Shown here one piece after another: positions 26,847 through 38,866 of a DNA stretch of 64,000 bases. Positions within the stretch are counted from its first letter, which is position 1. Every line of letters starts with the position of its first letter. The notes under the pieces are model-generated. The model had not been told where the DNA came from. It did not search any database and was given only the letters and a program-made list of their open reading frames with translations. The DNA is from Phoronis australis (Eukaryota; Animalia; Phoronida): the NCBI GenBank assembly GCA_002633005.1, contig NMRA01000484.1, positions 186,001-250,000 on the forward strand, given 5' to 3'. The position numbers were made by a program, and so were the translations under genes.

Positions 26847-27254
26847 CTGGGAATTTCCGTAGATAAACCCATGAGGGTGTATTCGGAAAATGAATAAATA
26901 AATAAATAAACGCCCAGGCATTTATTTGGGAAAAAGGGGGCGTGTTTTGCTTGACACTCTTTTAGTTTAAACTGCGGTTTTAATTTTTTTGTTAATTCAT
27001 GCATAGTTCGCCAACGCCTTGTTCGTTTTACAAAAGATAAATGCTCCAGACAGAAAAGTGAATTTGTGACAAAAAGTTGACGCTGAGTGGGTTTTGAAGA
27101 GGAAAATTTCCAAATGAACGTCCCAATGTCTGGAGACTTGACACCATAAGTTGTAACACCACATAAACACCCATGGGCGAGTATTTGGCATAATTTTCCG
27201 AATAAATGCCCATGGTTGTTTCATCGGATGGGCTTATCTACGGAAAACCCCCGG
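26847..27254. mobile_element. Tc2/pogo-like MITE (~410 bp), second family
   Basis: TA flanks at 26845-26846 and 27255-27256. Terminal inverted repeats ctgggaatttccgtagataaacccat / atgggcttatctacggaaaacccccgg, with subterminal tattcggaaaa / ttttccgaata and cccatg repeats. Confidence 0.75.
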
Positions 27255-27273
27255 TAAGAGTAATACGGCTTAA

Positions 27274-27572
27274 AAGGACAGTATTGGCTTCACGGCTCAA
27301 AATGCATTTTTAAGATTACTGTTGAATGAGATACACTTCTTGAAATCATTTTCTTTGACCAGAGCTATAAAACAGCAAATCTGTGATTTTATTACAAATT
27401 CCAATTTCTCTTCGCTGCGTGACAGAGAAATCAAGGTTGGTGACTAACAGTTTTTAAAAGAGCCAATCAAGAGGGGCTCAGCTATGCTTGCAGAGCATTG
27501 GACTGTAACCGCGGGACATGCATACTGTACTGAGGCTTATTTTTTAAAATCACTTTTATCCCCGGTGTCCCT
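27274..27572. mobile_element. Kolobok/T2-type MITE (~300 bp)
   Basis: TTAA on both sides (27270-27273 and 27573-27576). Termini aaggacag ... ggtgtccct resemble TTAA-AGGGACA...TGTCCCT-TTAA. Internal agccaatca. Confidence 0.55.
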
Positions 27573-27739
27573 TTAATGCCCACGCCCAAATTTCTAAATT
27601 TTGGGCTCTAGCAGAGGACGCTCAACTCTTAGTAGTTGATGGTGGATGCTATTAGCTGAGCAGTGGGAGTCTAATCCAAATTTTTACAGAAGTAGGAGGT
27701 GGATGCTTATGTGAGCATTAAGGGTGCAGGGAACACGTA

Positions 27740-27975
27740 TGATGAATTCCATAAGGATCCATTGAAAAACATTTCGGAGACCGGAGATGCTATGGCAATT
27801 CGTCATTAAAGTGCACCACTCGGACTGTTCAAAAATCGGCACAAGTCATTCATTCCTCAACAGAAATTCATGTGCCAAATTTCATGACGACCCATCAAAG
27901 AATTTGGTAGATTTTCAGACAGTGCGACGAAACCTAAAATTGCCACTAGGCGATGCTATAGTAGAACAGGCTGAA
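27740..27975 (+). repeat. Fragment of the ~140-bp-subunit repeat family
   Basis: tgccaaatttcatgacgacccatcaaagaa...aattgccactaggcgatgc resembles the subunits at 49755-49870 and 50522-50640. Confidence 0.55.
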
Positions 27976-30900
27976 AATTAATGGCAGCCATGTTCTCCTC
28001 AGAAAGAACACATCATCTGCTAAGTGAACATCTACAATCAATTACAACACAAACAAAACTGAAAGTTTTGCAATATTGAAATCTTATGACAAAATCAGCT
28101 GTTGCATATCCTAATTAATATTATTAAAGGAAGGGAAACTGTCCTGAGCTATGGTCTGCAATAGTATTCCTTCCTGCAAGTGTAGCATGTTGCTGTGAAC
28201 AAGATCCTCAACTACAGGGGAAAGGCATCAATATTAACTTCATGTACGGACCTAGCAATATGTACCTTACACACTGGAAAGATAAATGTTCTGCGCACAT
28301 TCAGGTTAACGCCCCTGGCCAAATTCTGCTAAACGCATAGCAAATGTAATTCTTATTGTACTTTGCACAAAAAATTGCTCAAATTAACATTTTCCATTTT
28401 CTAAGGCCGAAATCCTTCTTAAAAATCATTAAAATTCCTCAAAATAGTATTTTGTAACAAAGAATGCCATGTTTGTATTCGTTTAGAAAATTTACAAAAA
28501 AATCCACTTGTGCACCATATGTCACGCAAAATACATAAAGATTTCTTGTTCCGATGAGTTTCAACAAATTTTACTAGGTAGTGACCCAGTCCTATTGTAT
28601 TCACTGTATTACCACATTATTTTTACTCTTTGTTTCTCAATTCAAACACCCCCAAAATGGACTCTTTTTACACTGAAGTTTTTCTCTGGTGCATTTTGTC
28701 ACCAGAACGCACTTCTACTGCAGTGCATTTTGACGTCAGAGCATGCTTCTAAAGAGGATATGTGAAAGAGTTTATGGGAATGAAAATGTTCGATTTCCCA
28801 AACTAACATGCATCCAAAAAGTGCCCCAGGCTCCAAGGGAAAAAATGGTGGGACTCGTTCGTAAAGTTGCGTTGCTGACCGCAGCACCCAGATCAGTCAT
28901 GGAAAAGCATTACCAGCTAGATTGCACTATGTGAGCATTTTAGCTACTCAGCGTGGTGATGAATTTGTGGACAACGTGATGCTCAGTCTTCTAAAGGACA
29001 AAAAAAATCAGAAAAGACATGCCAGTTTCTGCAAATCAGAACACAATATGGCGGAATAGTAAATTTTTACTGCATCAAAATTTTGAAGAAATGGTATCAA
29101 GAAGACAAATTCATTTCTGGCAAAACAGTGAGCATTCCAAAAATGAAAATATAACAATTTTGGTCATTATTTTTGTTCAAATTAGAAAAACCTTTAAAGT
29201 ACATCTTGTCCACCTTTCCATACGAACCCTGTGCCTTGTGACAATCAAAACAGACCCAAAAGAACCTCCTTTGGAAGAAAATTAGATCATTACATGCTGT
29301 ATTTTAGAAACAAATTCTCTTGTTCGAAACATTTCACTGACTGCCCCATTAGTTTGAAAAATTGTTCCACGCACTTATGAAGAACAGTCATTTCCCTAAT
29401 GAGCAAGTTAACGACGACAAAATGAATAATGATGAAAACTTGCAAAGTCTAAGATTGATAACTTGTTAATATGCTTAATTAAAAACCAGTACCTGGTAAC
29501 TGCTGAAAACTTAAATCAAAATAATTAGAAGAAACGCCCATTTAAGTACAAGAACAGATTAAGCAACACTTTAACAAATTCCTGCAATTTTCATCGTATT
29601 TTCACAATGTTTTCCCTTCAGAGTTAAATTCATAGATTCTTTTCTCACTGCTTAAAGTGTTTGTAAAGTAAAAACAAGAAACAAAATGATTGAAAGAAGA
29701 GAAACACGCGTGTTGTTATAATTTCACAGAACATATGACAGCAAGACACAGGGCATATATGTGGAAAATGGCCTAAATTTCACCTTTCTAGCATCTCAAA
29801 TATAAGCCCGGACCTAAAAATGGCACTGATATGGAGTTAAGACCAACAAAGGTAGATGAGAGAGTTTATGGTGCTAGTGGTGGAATTTAAATTTATTTTG
29901 CAGACAAACCAAGAACATGCTGAAACGAACTAAGTCCTGTTTCTTATATGAATGGTAATATTCTCTACTCATTTTCTCAAAAAGTAATTGCCATTTTTGC
30001 AAATAATGCGAGCTCCAGGAAATATTACTTTCTGACATCTACATTCTACAGTCCATGCTTCTAATAAACTAAAATGTTCTTAATCTTTACTTTTCTGGAA
30101 AATTTAACAAAATGAAATTTCAGTAGTTGGCTTCACTGTGCGCTAAACAGAAGTGAATGAATTACCACAGAGTCTTTCTTTAGTTCGACAGTCACTATCA
30201 CTATTCAGTTAGGGAGACCCAACAAATGGTAAAAAAATTTCAATTCAATTCTGAAAGTAGGCCCATGCTCCAAATACCATGGGTCTATATTTGGGGATCC
30301 TATATTCAGGAATACTCAGTAAGAATTGGGTGAAACACGTTATTAATGAGGAGCTGAACAGCTTACCGACAAAGTTGTGTAAATTTCACCTAATACGAAT
30401 GGCTAAAACACATTTCATCCCAAATACAGAATTCATTTTGGTGATAGCAAATGGCCGAGTTCTTTGCGCCAACTATCGGTTAACTGTTGCGGGAGTAGCA
30501 GTAGTATTCTGGATGGACACCATTTGAATTTTAGCATGACTGGCCATTTCAGCTGACTTCACAGACTATCCTAGAAAATGAACCCAACAACTGCTTCAGC
30601 AACAAATGCCCTTTAATGCATTACTTAAATATTGACCAAAATTCCAAATATGCCACAACGAAAGGCTGGGATATCAAAATTCTGACCAAAAATGACTGAC
30701 ATCTTCAAATACTCAAAATGGCAGGGAGTAGTTTTCTATACGAAATTGTCATGCCCGTGCCCAAAACATTTAGCCAAGCGCGACTTATTAAGTCTGTTGG
30801 GAAAATAAGCTTCACCAAATCAGTCTTCCAATACTGTATACACACTTGATGGTTCAGAAATGATTATGGTATATAGGGCAGTAGTGCAGTGAAGGAAGGT

Positions 30901-31445
30901 GGGACATATCAACAAAAGCACCTACCTGTTAACGACTAAATTACCCTGAACACAGCCACAGGTACAGGAATGACTGGGCCAGAAAAGACAACAGCCCACA
31001 GTAGCAGTGTACTTGTCTACAAGGACTGCAGCGGCAGTTAATCAATACAGGTATGTCAGATATGGCGAAACACCTGCCAGAAACGGCTGCAGTCACTAAT
31101 CCATCTACACCGCGTCGCCTATGGTCTGTCAGATGTGAGATTTCTCCGGAGATTCCAAATGTCAACGTCTAGGGTCTGTAAACCTCAGTTCAATGCTTAA
31201 AACAGTGCCATGGGCAAGTTCACTACTGTTGTGAACCAGCCAAACTCCGATCAGGACAGATGCAAAGAGACTCGACACAGTCCAATACTGTGGTAGGGGT
31301 GAAGACTGGGAGTTGGTAGGACAAAAGAATGAGAGATCAGCATCAAATGTGGCAACAGTATGCAAATTTATTCAGTGTGTGGAGTAAACAAACCGAGACC
31401 AGTCATAACAGACTAATGCGTGCTAGCCTAGCTGAGGGTATGCCT

Positions 31446-32646
31446 CTGAGCTGGATGGGACATAAGTAAAGAAACCTGTGTAACCAGCCGGTCTGGGTCA
31501 ACACTTGCCACAAAGCTCTTGTTAACTTTCGTTGGAATAGGCTGAAGCTCAACAATTCCTACCCTCAGAGTCTTTTGACGTGAAGATGATAATCTACCTA
31601 ACAACTCTGAAAACAACATTGATGGTCTCTGATCCATGGAGGCAACAGAAGAATAGAAAGATCATTCAAAGATGAATTTTTTTTATTATTTTTGGGGAAT
31701 ATTGCAGCTTTTTCTTCACAAAGAATTTATAGTCTAGCGATTTCAATAATAAAACAGTACAAATATTCTGTGGTTGACATTAAAAAGAAAAACTTTTAAG
31801 TGAACTGTTCATAAACTTCCTGCATGCTATTGACTTGCAAAAGAAAACCTGCAGGCAAACATTCGAAACCCTTTGACAAAATCTTACCCCAAGATTTGTC
31901 CCAATACAATCAACATTTCCTCCAAGCACAACTCAAACTATAAAGTTAAATATGACATAGACTCCTCCCCCCCCCCTTTTTGACAATATTCTATGGTCCA
32001 ACTTTATTATTCTCCACCCACAGACCACAGTTTTCATTCGAGGGAATCCAGGNCTGAGCTGGATGGGACATAAGTAAAGAAACCTGCGTAACCAGCCGGT
32101 CTGGGTCAACACTTGCCACAAAGCTCTTGTTAACTTTCGTTGGAATAGGCTGAAGCTCAACAAATCCTACCCTCAAAGTCTTTTGACGTGAAGATGATAA
32201 TCTACCTAACAACTCTGAAAACAACATTGATGGTCTCTGATCCATGGAGGCAACAGAAGAATAGAAAGATCATTCAAAGATGAATTTTTTTTATTTTTGG
32301 GGAATATTGCAGCTTTTTCTTCACAAAGAAGCGATTTCAATAATAAAACAGTACAAATATTCTGTGGTTGACATTAAAAAGAAAAACTTTTAAGTGAACT
32401 GCTCATAAACTTCCTGCATGCTATTGACTTGCAAAAGAAAACCTGCAGGCAAACATTCGAAACCCTTTGACAAAATCTTACCCCAAGATTTGTCCCAATA
32501 CAATCAACATTTCCTCCAAGCACAACTCAAACTATAAAGTTAAATATGACATAGACTCCTCCCCCCCCCCTTTTTGACAATATTCTATGGTCCAACTTTA
32601 TTATTCTCCACCCACAGACCACAGTTTTCATTCGAGGGAATCCAGG
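31446..32646. repeat. ~600-bp direct duplication across a single N (probable haplotype-overlap assembly artefact)
   Basis: Copy 1 is 31446-32052, N is at 32053, copy 2 is 32054-32646. They differ by 4 substitutions, a 3-bp indel and an 11-bp indel (tttatagtcta). Confidence 0.95.
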
Positions 32647-33472
32647 GTCATATACACCATCCACCGCTAGGAAGTTTTGTTCACTGACAGAAAAAACACT
32701 TACAGGGACCAGGTCTCCCTATAAATTAAATTCAATTAAATTTAGCAGTGATAAATCAGCATAATGACAGTGGGGAATCAATCGCCACCAGCCAAAGATG
32801 ACAGCCATTGAGTGATGCTCCTTAATAGCCCATTATTACCAGGCCTCTTCCACAATGACTCTGGCCAGTGTATGAACTGTTATAAACTTGGCAATAATTA
32901 CAGTTTAATGTGGGGCCTCTGCCTGCCTAACCAACAACAAAGATATTGATAGCTTTGTCAAGTAGGACTGCAATTAATATTCACAAACTACAGTGGGTAA
33001 CAAGAGACGACCAGGCCTCTCTCCCTAATTAGATAAATCGGCGAGTCTAATCATTGCTCGGGTAATTATCAGGCTATTTTAATCTGTTAGATTGCCGTTA
33101 TAAAACAATGCCGTCATTTTTTGTGGCGGAGATAGGGTTACATGTCACAGCCAGGATAATGTACTCATACAATGTAAATTAAAAACGGATCCAAGCCAAC
33201 AACACTGGTTGCAAACAACACAGCACACAGCGATCTGAAAGAAGCTCTATAAGGAGGCTGTCTTACCCAAAAACACCAAAAACAGAAAGCACATACAAAA
33301 TATATTTGAGCACAGATGAAACCCTTGCATCATCAAAACAGGAACTGAAATAAAATCATGAAAACTGTTACTTTTAACTTAAAATACACTCACATCCATC
33401 AACAGTGTCCTAGAACAAAAAGTTTTGAAATTTAATTCAAAAATGAAGTCAGACTAGTCAAAATCTGGTGTG

Positions 33473-33613
33473 CGTTCAGTAGACGCTAGCACCTACGCTA
33501 GGACCTAGCTAAAACCTAGTCAAAGTCACGTGTTGTCATTTAAAATGCACGGCAATATCTCACATAATCTCGCAAAGTCTTGCTTTTTAGCGAGGTCCTA
33601 GCGTTACTGAACG
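33473..33613. mobile_element. Short Harbinger-like MITE
   Basis: Left cgttcagtagacgctagcacct-acgctaggacctagctaaaa is the reverse complement of right ttttagcgaggtcctagcgttactgaacg. The left arm has a 12-bp internal duplication. Confidence 0.7.
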
Positions 33614-36069
33614 GGAGCAAAGAGGTATCTATAAAATCTTTGACGGGAGGCTGCCACATCAGAAACAAAGGCTTATAGGAGACCAGTGGGGATACATTAA
33701 TAGGCCTTTCTGTCCTATTTCCCTGGTGGTCATGAATACCTACTCTAAGATATAAGAACTCCTGCTGTTAAGCCACTTGCAGGGCAATAGACCTTGGGGA
33801 GGTTATGTAAGAGAGAGTGATTTTGTCCACTTTTGTGTTAAGTTAGGAAACAAGTGGTCCATTAGTGATGGTGAGTGTCCATTTTCAGGTTCCTGTTAAG
33901 GAGTGAAGGGTCAATAAACTGTTGAAGATGCAGAAAAGGCAGAGGGGATAAGTTTTTGTCATAAAAGCTCAGCTTAATTATTTTTTCATTTTCGATATGA
34001 CAGAAGTAAAAAGGAATTTGTTATTTTTTTGAGTACAGCTATTTTAAAATAACAATTAACCACTCGACAATTTTTGTCAGTGTAGCACTTCAGTAGATAA
34101 ACGACGATTTTGATGACGTATTTTAGCACAAAATAACTAGCTATTGCTCAAGAATAGAAATTCTGTTCGAGTTCATGAACATGACGTTTTTGCCTACCGC
34201 TTTACTTGTGATGGGAGTAGTCATTAATGAGAGCAGGCTTCATCAAGTTACGTGTTATAATTTTTCAGTTCAATTAAATTATGAGCCTAAACCAAAATGC
34301 AACAATACATTTGCACACAGTTATGGCAAGCAACTCGCTTTAAATACCGCATCTCCTAATTCAACAAATACTTGCAGCAATTTTAGACTCAAACAAATCA
34401 ATAAAAGCAAAAAGTTCATACAGCTGGTTTTGAAGCTTAGTGCAGTAATTCACCAATTTCGCACAAAAATAATAGCCAAAATAGCCAATTTTCTGATTTT
34501 CAAAGGCTGATTATGTCCTGCGAATAATGGGAGTCTCAGCACACGTCTTAAGACATCTACACACTGCAATCCATGCTTGTAATATACTTAAATGTTATTA
34601 ATCTTCACCTTTTGTGGAGAAATTTAATAAAACTGAATGTCACCTGTTGGCCATATTGTGAGCTAAATTAGAGAAGTACTGTAGCAGAAATAGTGCTTCC
34701 AGACTTCCTGCTTAATCATGCCCAAAGGAACAAAAAACAAAAAACAAAGACATAGTAAAATTGAACACAGAAAGTGTTCTTGCAGACTCATATGAACAGA
34801 GACATTAGTGACATAACTCATTTATGAATTTCTCAATGATTCATATTACTTTGCTCTTAACATTAATCATTTAGCTTCTCAATCGCAAACTATGTATCCA
34901 ACGCGGAAGAATAGGTATTAAATTGTAGACCTGAGCCAAGAATGTCAAAAAGTGGTATTATTTGAATCACCACTCAATATCTGTAAGAGCATTATGGCAT
35001 GTCTAGAATTAGGTTTACTCATACCTAAATTTTCATTACAGCAGACTCATTTGGTTGAATGCCCAGGGGCCTCCACACTGAAAACATGCAATTTTGCGAG
35101 GATTGGCATTTAGTCAAAAATAAAGCAGAACATGGGTGCTGAAATTCAGGGAAATGCGTTTGGATTGAATTGGGTGTTGACCAATAGGACACAACCAAAT
35201 GAACGCTATCAAATTGTTTGCTAGTACCTAATTACATACAAGAGACAATGGTGCTAACTTTTCTCATAATCACTGTCCGATATTTCGGATAGACACATTT
35301 TAAGGACTTGTGATTTAATTACTTCCTTACTTCAAATAGTTCACAGATTTTTCAATACCCTGTTTCCGTTGCACTGCCTCACCAGTCTTAGATCGTGTCT
35401 ATTTAGCTGAGGAGCGTACGTGCAGGCTGAGACAGAGCTCAAGAATGGGGAAAGAGCACATTAACCAATGAAGCTTGATAAAAAAATGATACATTATGAA
35501 TGAAACATGAAGGTCAAACGTACGTGACCTTTGAACCCAGAATTAACAATAAGTTTTGTAAAATGTTAATGGAATACTCGGGTAATTTAACACATAGCGT
35601 AAATATTTCATGAAATTCTTTGCGCGATAATTATAACACCTCCTCAGTCCTCCGAACGTAATTCGCCAACGTCAATGGAGGAAGTGCGACACAATTTAAG
35701 GAAGAAAGGGTGTTTCAAGAGAAGGCAATTGCAATAGGAAGTGTGATAAGACAAATGTGGCTTGTGATGACCAAGAACCACTCAAACTGCCATTAATTGG
35801 GCATAAACACTAAATGTGTGTCAACAAGCTTTGTAACATGGGGCCAGATCACAGACACAGTCACAAGGAGAACGTGACGACAAGTATCTTACAGCTCCAC
35901 CAAAAATGCAAATGTTCCTGGAGAAAAAACAAGATCCGTTAAAAGAATTTTTTTCATGATACTGCATATTTCATTCACCAGGTGCAAACTCCAAATTGGC
36001 AACTTAGGGAGACATGAAACATACGTCTTTCTTATCTGTTGTGCTAAACTTCTTAGAACAAAACGAATA

Positions 36070-36600
36070 CCGTATTTGTCCTAATAAGCGCCCGGCGCTA
36101 AAGGAAATTTGTTTCAAGGGGGAGGAGCACTTTTTGTAACCTTAGGCGGTTGAAACTCAGTCTCTGAAACCGGTAAAATCGGAAGCAAGGATTCATCAAT
36201 TTACCCTCTGTGATTTATCCGTAACCTACGGCAGTCCTTCTACAAAGCTGTGGTACATTGCTATCAAACTTCGTTGTTAAATTTCGATCAATATACAGAA
36301 AATAGTGCTGAAATCCAAGGGTGAAAACTTGCAATCGTCGATATGGCAACTTGAAAAAAATACAGTTCTGACTCAGCAAATTACCTGAAATCCTTACTTC
36401 AGTTTCCCAAATAGCGTCCATGAATGATTTTTAAGTTCATATGGAGTTGGGATAAACAGCAGGTTCAGTCCAAATCTGCACAAGATCGTACCCCACAACA
36501 CATGAAAAATATCTGGATGGACACACGTTGTTGTCACGTGATGTTTGTTTTGACGTTGAAGGTCAGCCTGTGTGTGAGTGAACGAGTACGGATCATCAGA
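36070..36600 (-). mobile_element. Truncated copy B of the HIRAN-carrying Tc2/pogo-like element (right half only, inverted)
   Basis: ta-ccgtatttgtcctaataagcgccc...gtaaccttaggcggttgaaact...ttgttgtcacgtgatgtttgttttga is the reverse complement of ~58030-58561. No HIRAN half is visible. Confidence 0.8.
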
Positions 36601-36689
36601 ATTCATTTAGTGGAATAAACGCAATGTAACGACTCAGGTTTGCAATGTAATTAAAGAATTAACATAAATAGTCTTAAGCAGAACTTGCG

Positions 36690-36960
36690 TGTGTGCGTGA
36701 GGAGCCAGTGTGCGTGATAAGTGTGCGCTTTCTTTACTCGAGGTCGTGGGTTCGAGTCCCACAGGGTCACACTACTAAACCCTTGAGTCAGGTTTCTAGC
36801 TCATAAGTTTGGTTTTAAAAATATATTAACAAAGCATAAACATGGTTCCAGGTGATCAGTGCAATGGGCCCACATGCACAACCAGAACACGTCTGGTACA
36901 ACGTGAATCAGACCACATGCAATTGTTTTATCTTTTTAAAGCAGAGCGTCTTTTATTTAG
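36690..36960 (+). mobile_element. tRNA-derived SINE (degraded)
   Basis: Pol III B box ggttcgagtcc (36749-36759) sits in a T-arm hairpin gtggg-ttcgagt-cccac, followed by a core-like aaacccttgagtcaggtt. The A box is degenerate and no full cloverleaf forms. Confidence 0.55.
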
Positions 36961-38053
36961 CACTTGCTGGGCTCAGCTACTATTAGAATGAGCGAAAATT
37001 GTCTCACTAAGGCCGATATATACTAATATACATACTTGCCATCTGAGCTGTTGATTTCAGCTTATTCCCAACTTTTTGCCACTCCCTCACTCTTTCTATC
37101 ATTGCCGGAACATTTCGCAAATTCAGCAATTCACTAATTTTACGCTCAATGCAGACAAACAACTTTGAATATTACACTATACAATCATTGAAGGTATGTA
37201 AAAGATAGCAGGTATGGTTAAAAAGACTTTGAAAATGTTTAGAGAATTTTCAGAGAAGGATCTTCAAATTTTCGAAACGTCTGCCGAATGCTCAGAAAAA
37301 GAACACCGAAAATCTTTGAATACATTGTTCACGGGATACTACGCCCTTGCTAAATTGGAAATTGTGGGAGTCCACATAACAGACCAAAATCCAATTTCAA
37401 AGAAAAATAAACAGATGAAGGTTTAATTACATTAACAGCAGAAAAAGGTGCAGCAGTAAACAAACCTTGCACTTGTGTTGTTGACAAGGAGTAGCTGGCA
37501 AAGTCGTGCAAAACAAAATAATCAAACAATGACCAAAACAATTGTTATGTCTTTGAAGGGGTCTCGTTTTAAGCTACTATTTAACAGGTTCAAAAATATT
37601 TCAAAATTCCCAAAGTCAATGCTAAGAATATCACACAACAAGTGTAATTGAGTTGATGAGGGTAAGAAACTGTGAGACAAATTACACGCTTGAAATTTTC
37701 AAGGGGAAATATTGCAAGACATTCACAGATGGAATGAATTCAGCAATTTGAAGCTGGTCAAATTTATCAAATAAAATAAGTCGCTGAGTCTGTTTCATTG
37801 CTAATCTACTTGCAACAAAGGTGAACATCTTAGAAAGTGAAAATATCAACTGCTTTGTAGTGGTTATGTGTTGAAAGTTAGAATAAAGTATTGAGAGTCA
37901 CACAGTGTCTCAATCAAGGAAATTTCTAACTTCTAAAAGTTGAAACAAAACAAACAATTTAAAAGTATTCTTGTGATTCAAAACTGTACCGCAGTTTTAA
38001 AAAGAAATTGTTAGAATTATTTCTGGGTGATAGGTGATTCGTAGGATGCAGGT

Positions 38054-38116
38054 GTCCTGCATTTTGAAAACCAGTTTTCTCCACTGAATACGGTAACTGT
38101 TCTCAAAATGCGGGAC
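38054..38116. repeat. Hairpin (foldback) element, same family as 62113-62204
   Basis: gtcctgcattttgaaaaccagtt / aactgttctcaaaatgcgggac. The central ttttctccactgaata is the reverse complement of tattcagtggagaaaa in the 62.1 kb copy. Confidence 0.75.
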
Positions 38117-38592
38117 TCCCTGTAAGAGACTATCCACTTCTGTGCTCTTTGTCTCGAAGGCTACAGCCAAAATTGTAAAACCACAGGCATTGACAGGACC
38201 TAGCTAGTGCTTAATTCAAGCAATCATTTTATGATCACGGCATTTATACGCTAAGTCTAAGAGTTGATGATTTTAAACAGAATTTTTGGTTAACATTGCG
38301 ATTGTATGAAAATGATTTTTGCTTGAAAATGGTAACTAAAACTTTCTTTCAAGAATAAAATAGTTTGACAAGATGGTCAAGCTTGGGCAGGCTGGATTAA
38401 CATTGACCTCTCAGTGGGGTACTAAAGAGATATACTTATTGATCTTCATTTAATGGTCACGGTTTATGTAGAACCCAGAAAAAAGTAAAAAATTTGACTA
38501 ACTTTGGAAAATGATAACTCAGAAATGGTAGATGAGATTAATATGAAACCTTCAGATACCATGCTTTACACAGTTCTCCAGTCCACTGTTAG

Positions 38593-38866
38593 GATATTTT
38601 TTTTAAAAGTTCCACTTTTGCATGAGGGTTATCACAAAAACGAGCTTTTACGATTTTTCTGAAAAAATCCAAACCAGTAAGAAGCGAAAATGAAATAATT
38701 TAGAAAACCGAAACAGTGTATTAGAACTAGATATTTTTTATAAAAAGTTCCACTTTTGCATGAGGGTTATCACAAAAACGAGCTTTTACGATTTTTATGA
38801 AAAAATCCAAACCAATAAGAAGCGAAAATGAAATAATTTAAAAAACCGTAACAGTGTATTTGAACT
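38593..38866. repeat. 137-bp tandem duplication inside a degraded MITE-like repeat (~38450-38900)
   Basis: Copies 38593-38729 and 38730-38866 are near-identical (aaagttccacttttgcatgagggttatcacaaaaacgagcttttacgattttt...aacagtgtatt). Confidence 0.93.

Noticed and set aside
31428-32245. Duplicated MDQRPSMLFSELLGR ORFs as paralogous genes
   Set aside because: They arise from the duplicated segment across the N gap and have no recognisable protein features.
36700-36770. tRNA gene
   Set aside because: Only the T-arm/B box is intact. There is no acceptor stem, D-arm or anticodon arm, so a SINE head explains it better.
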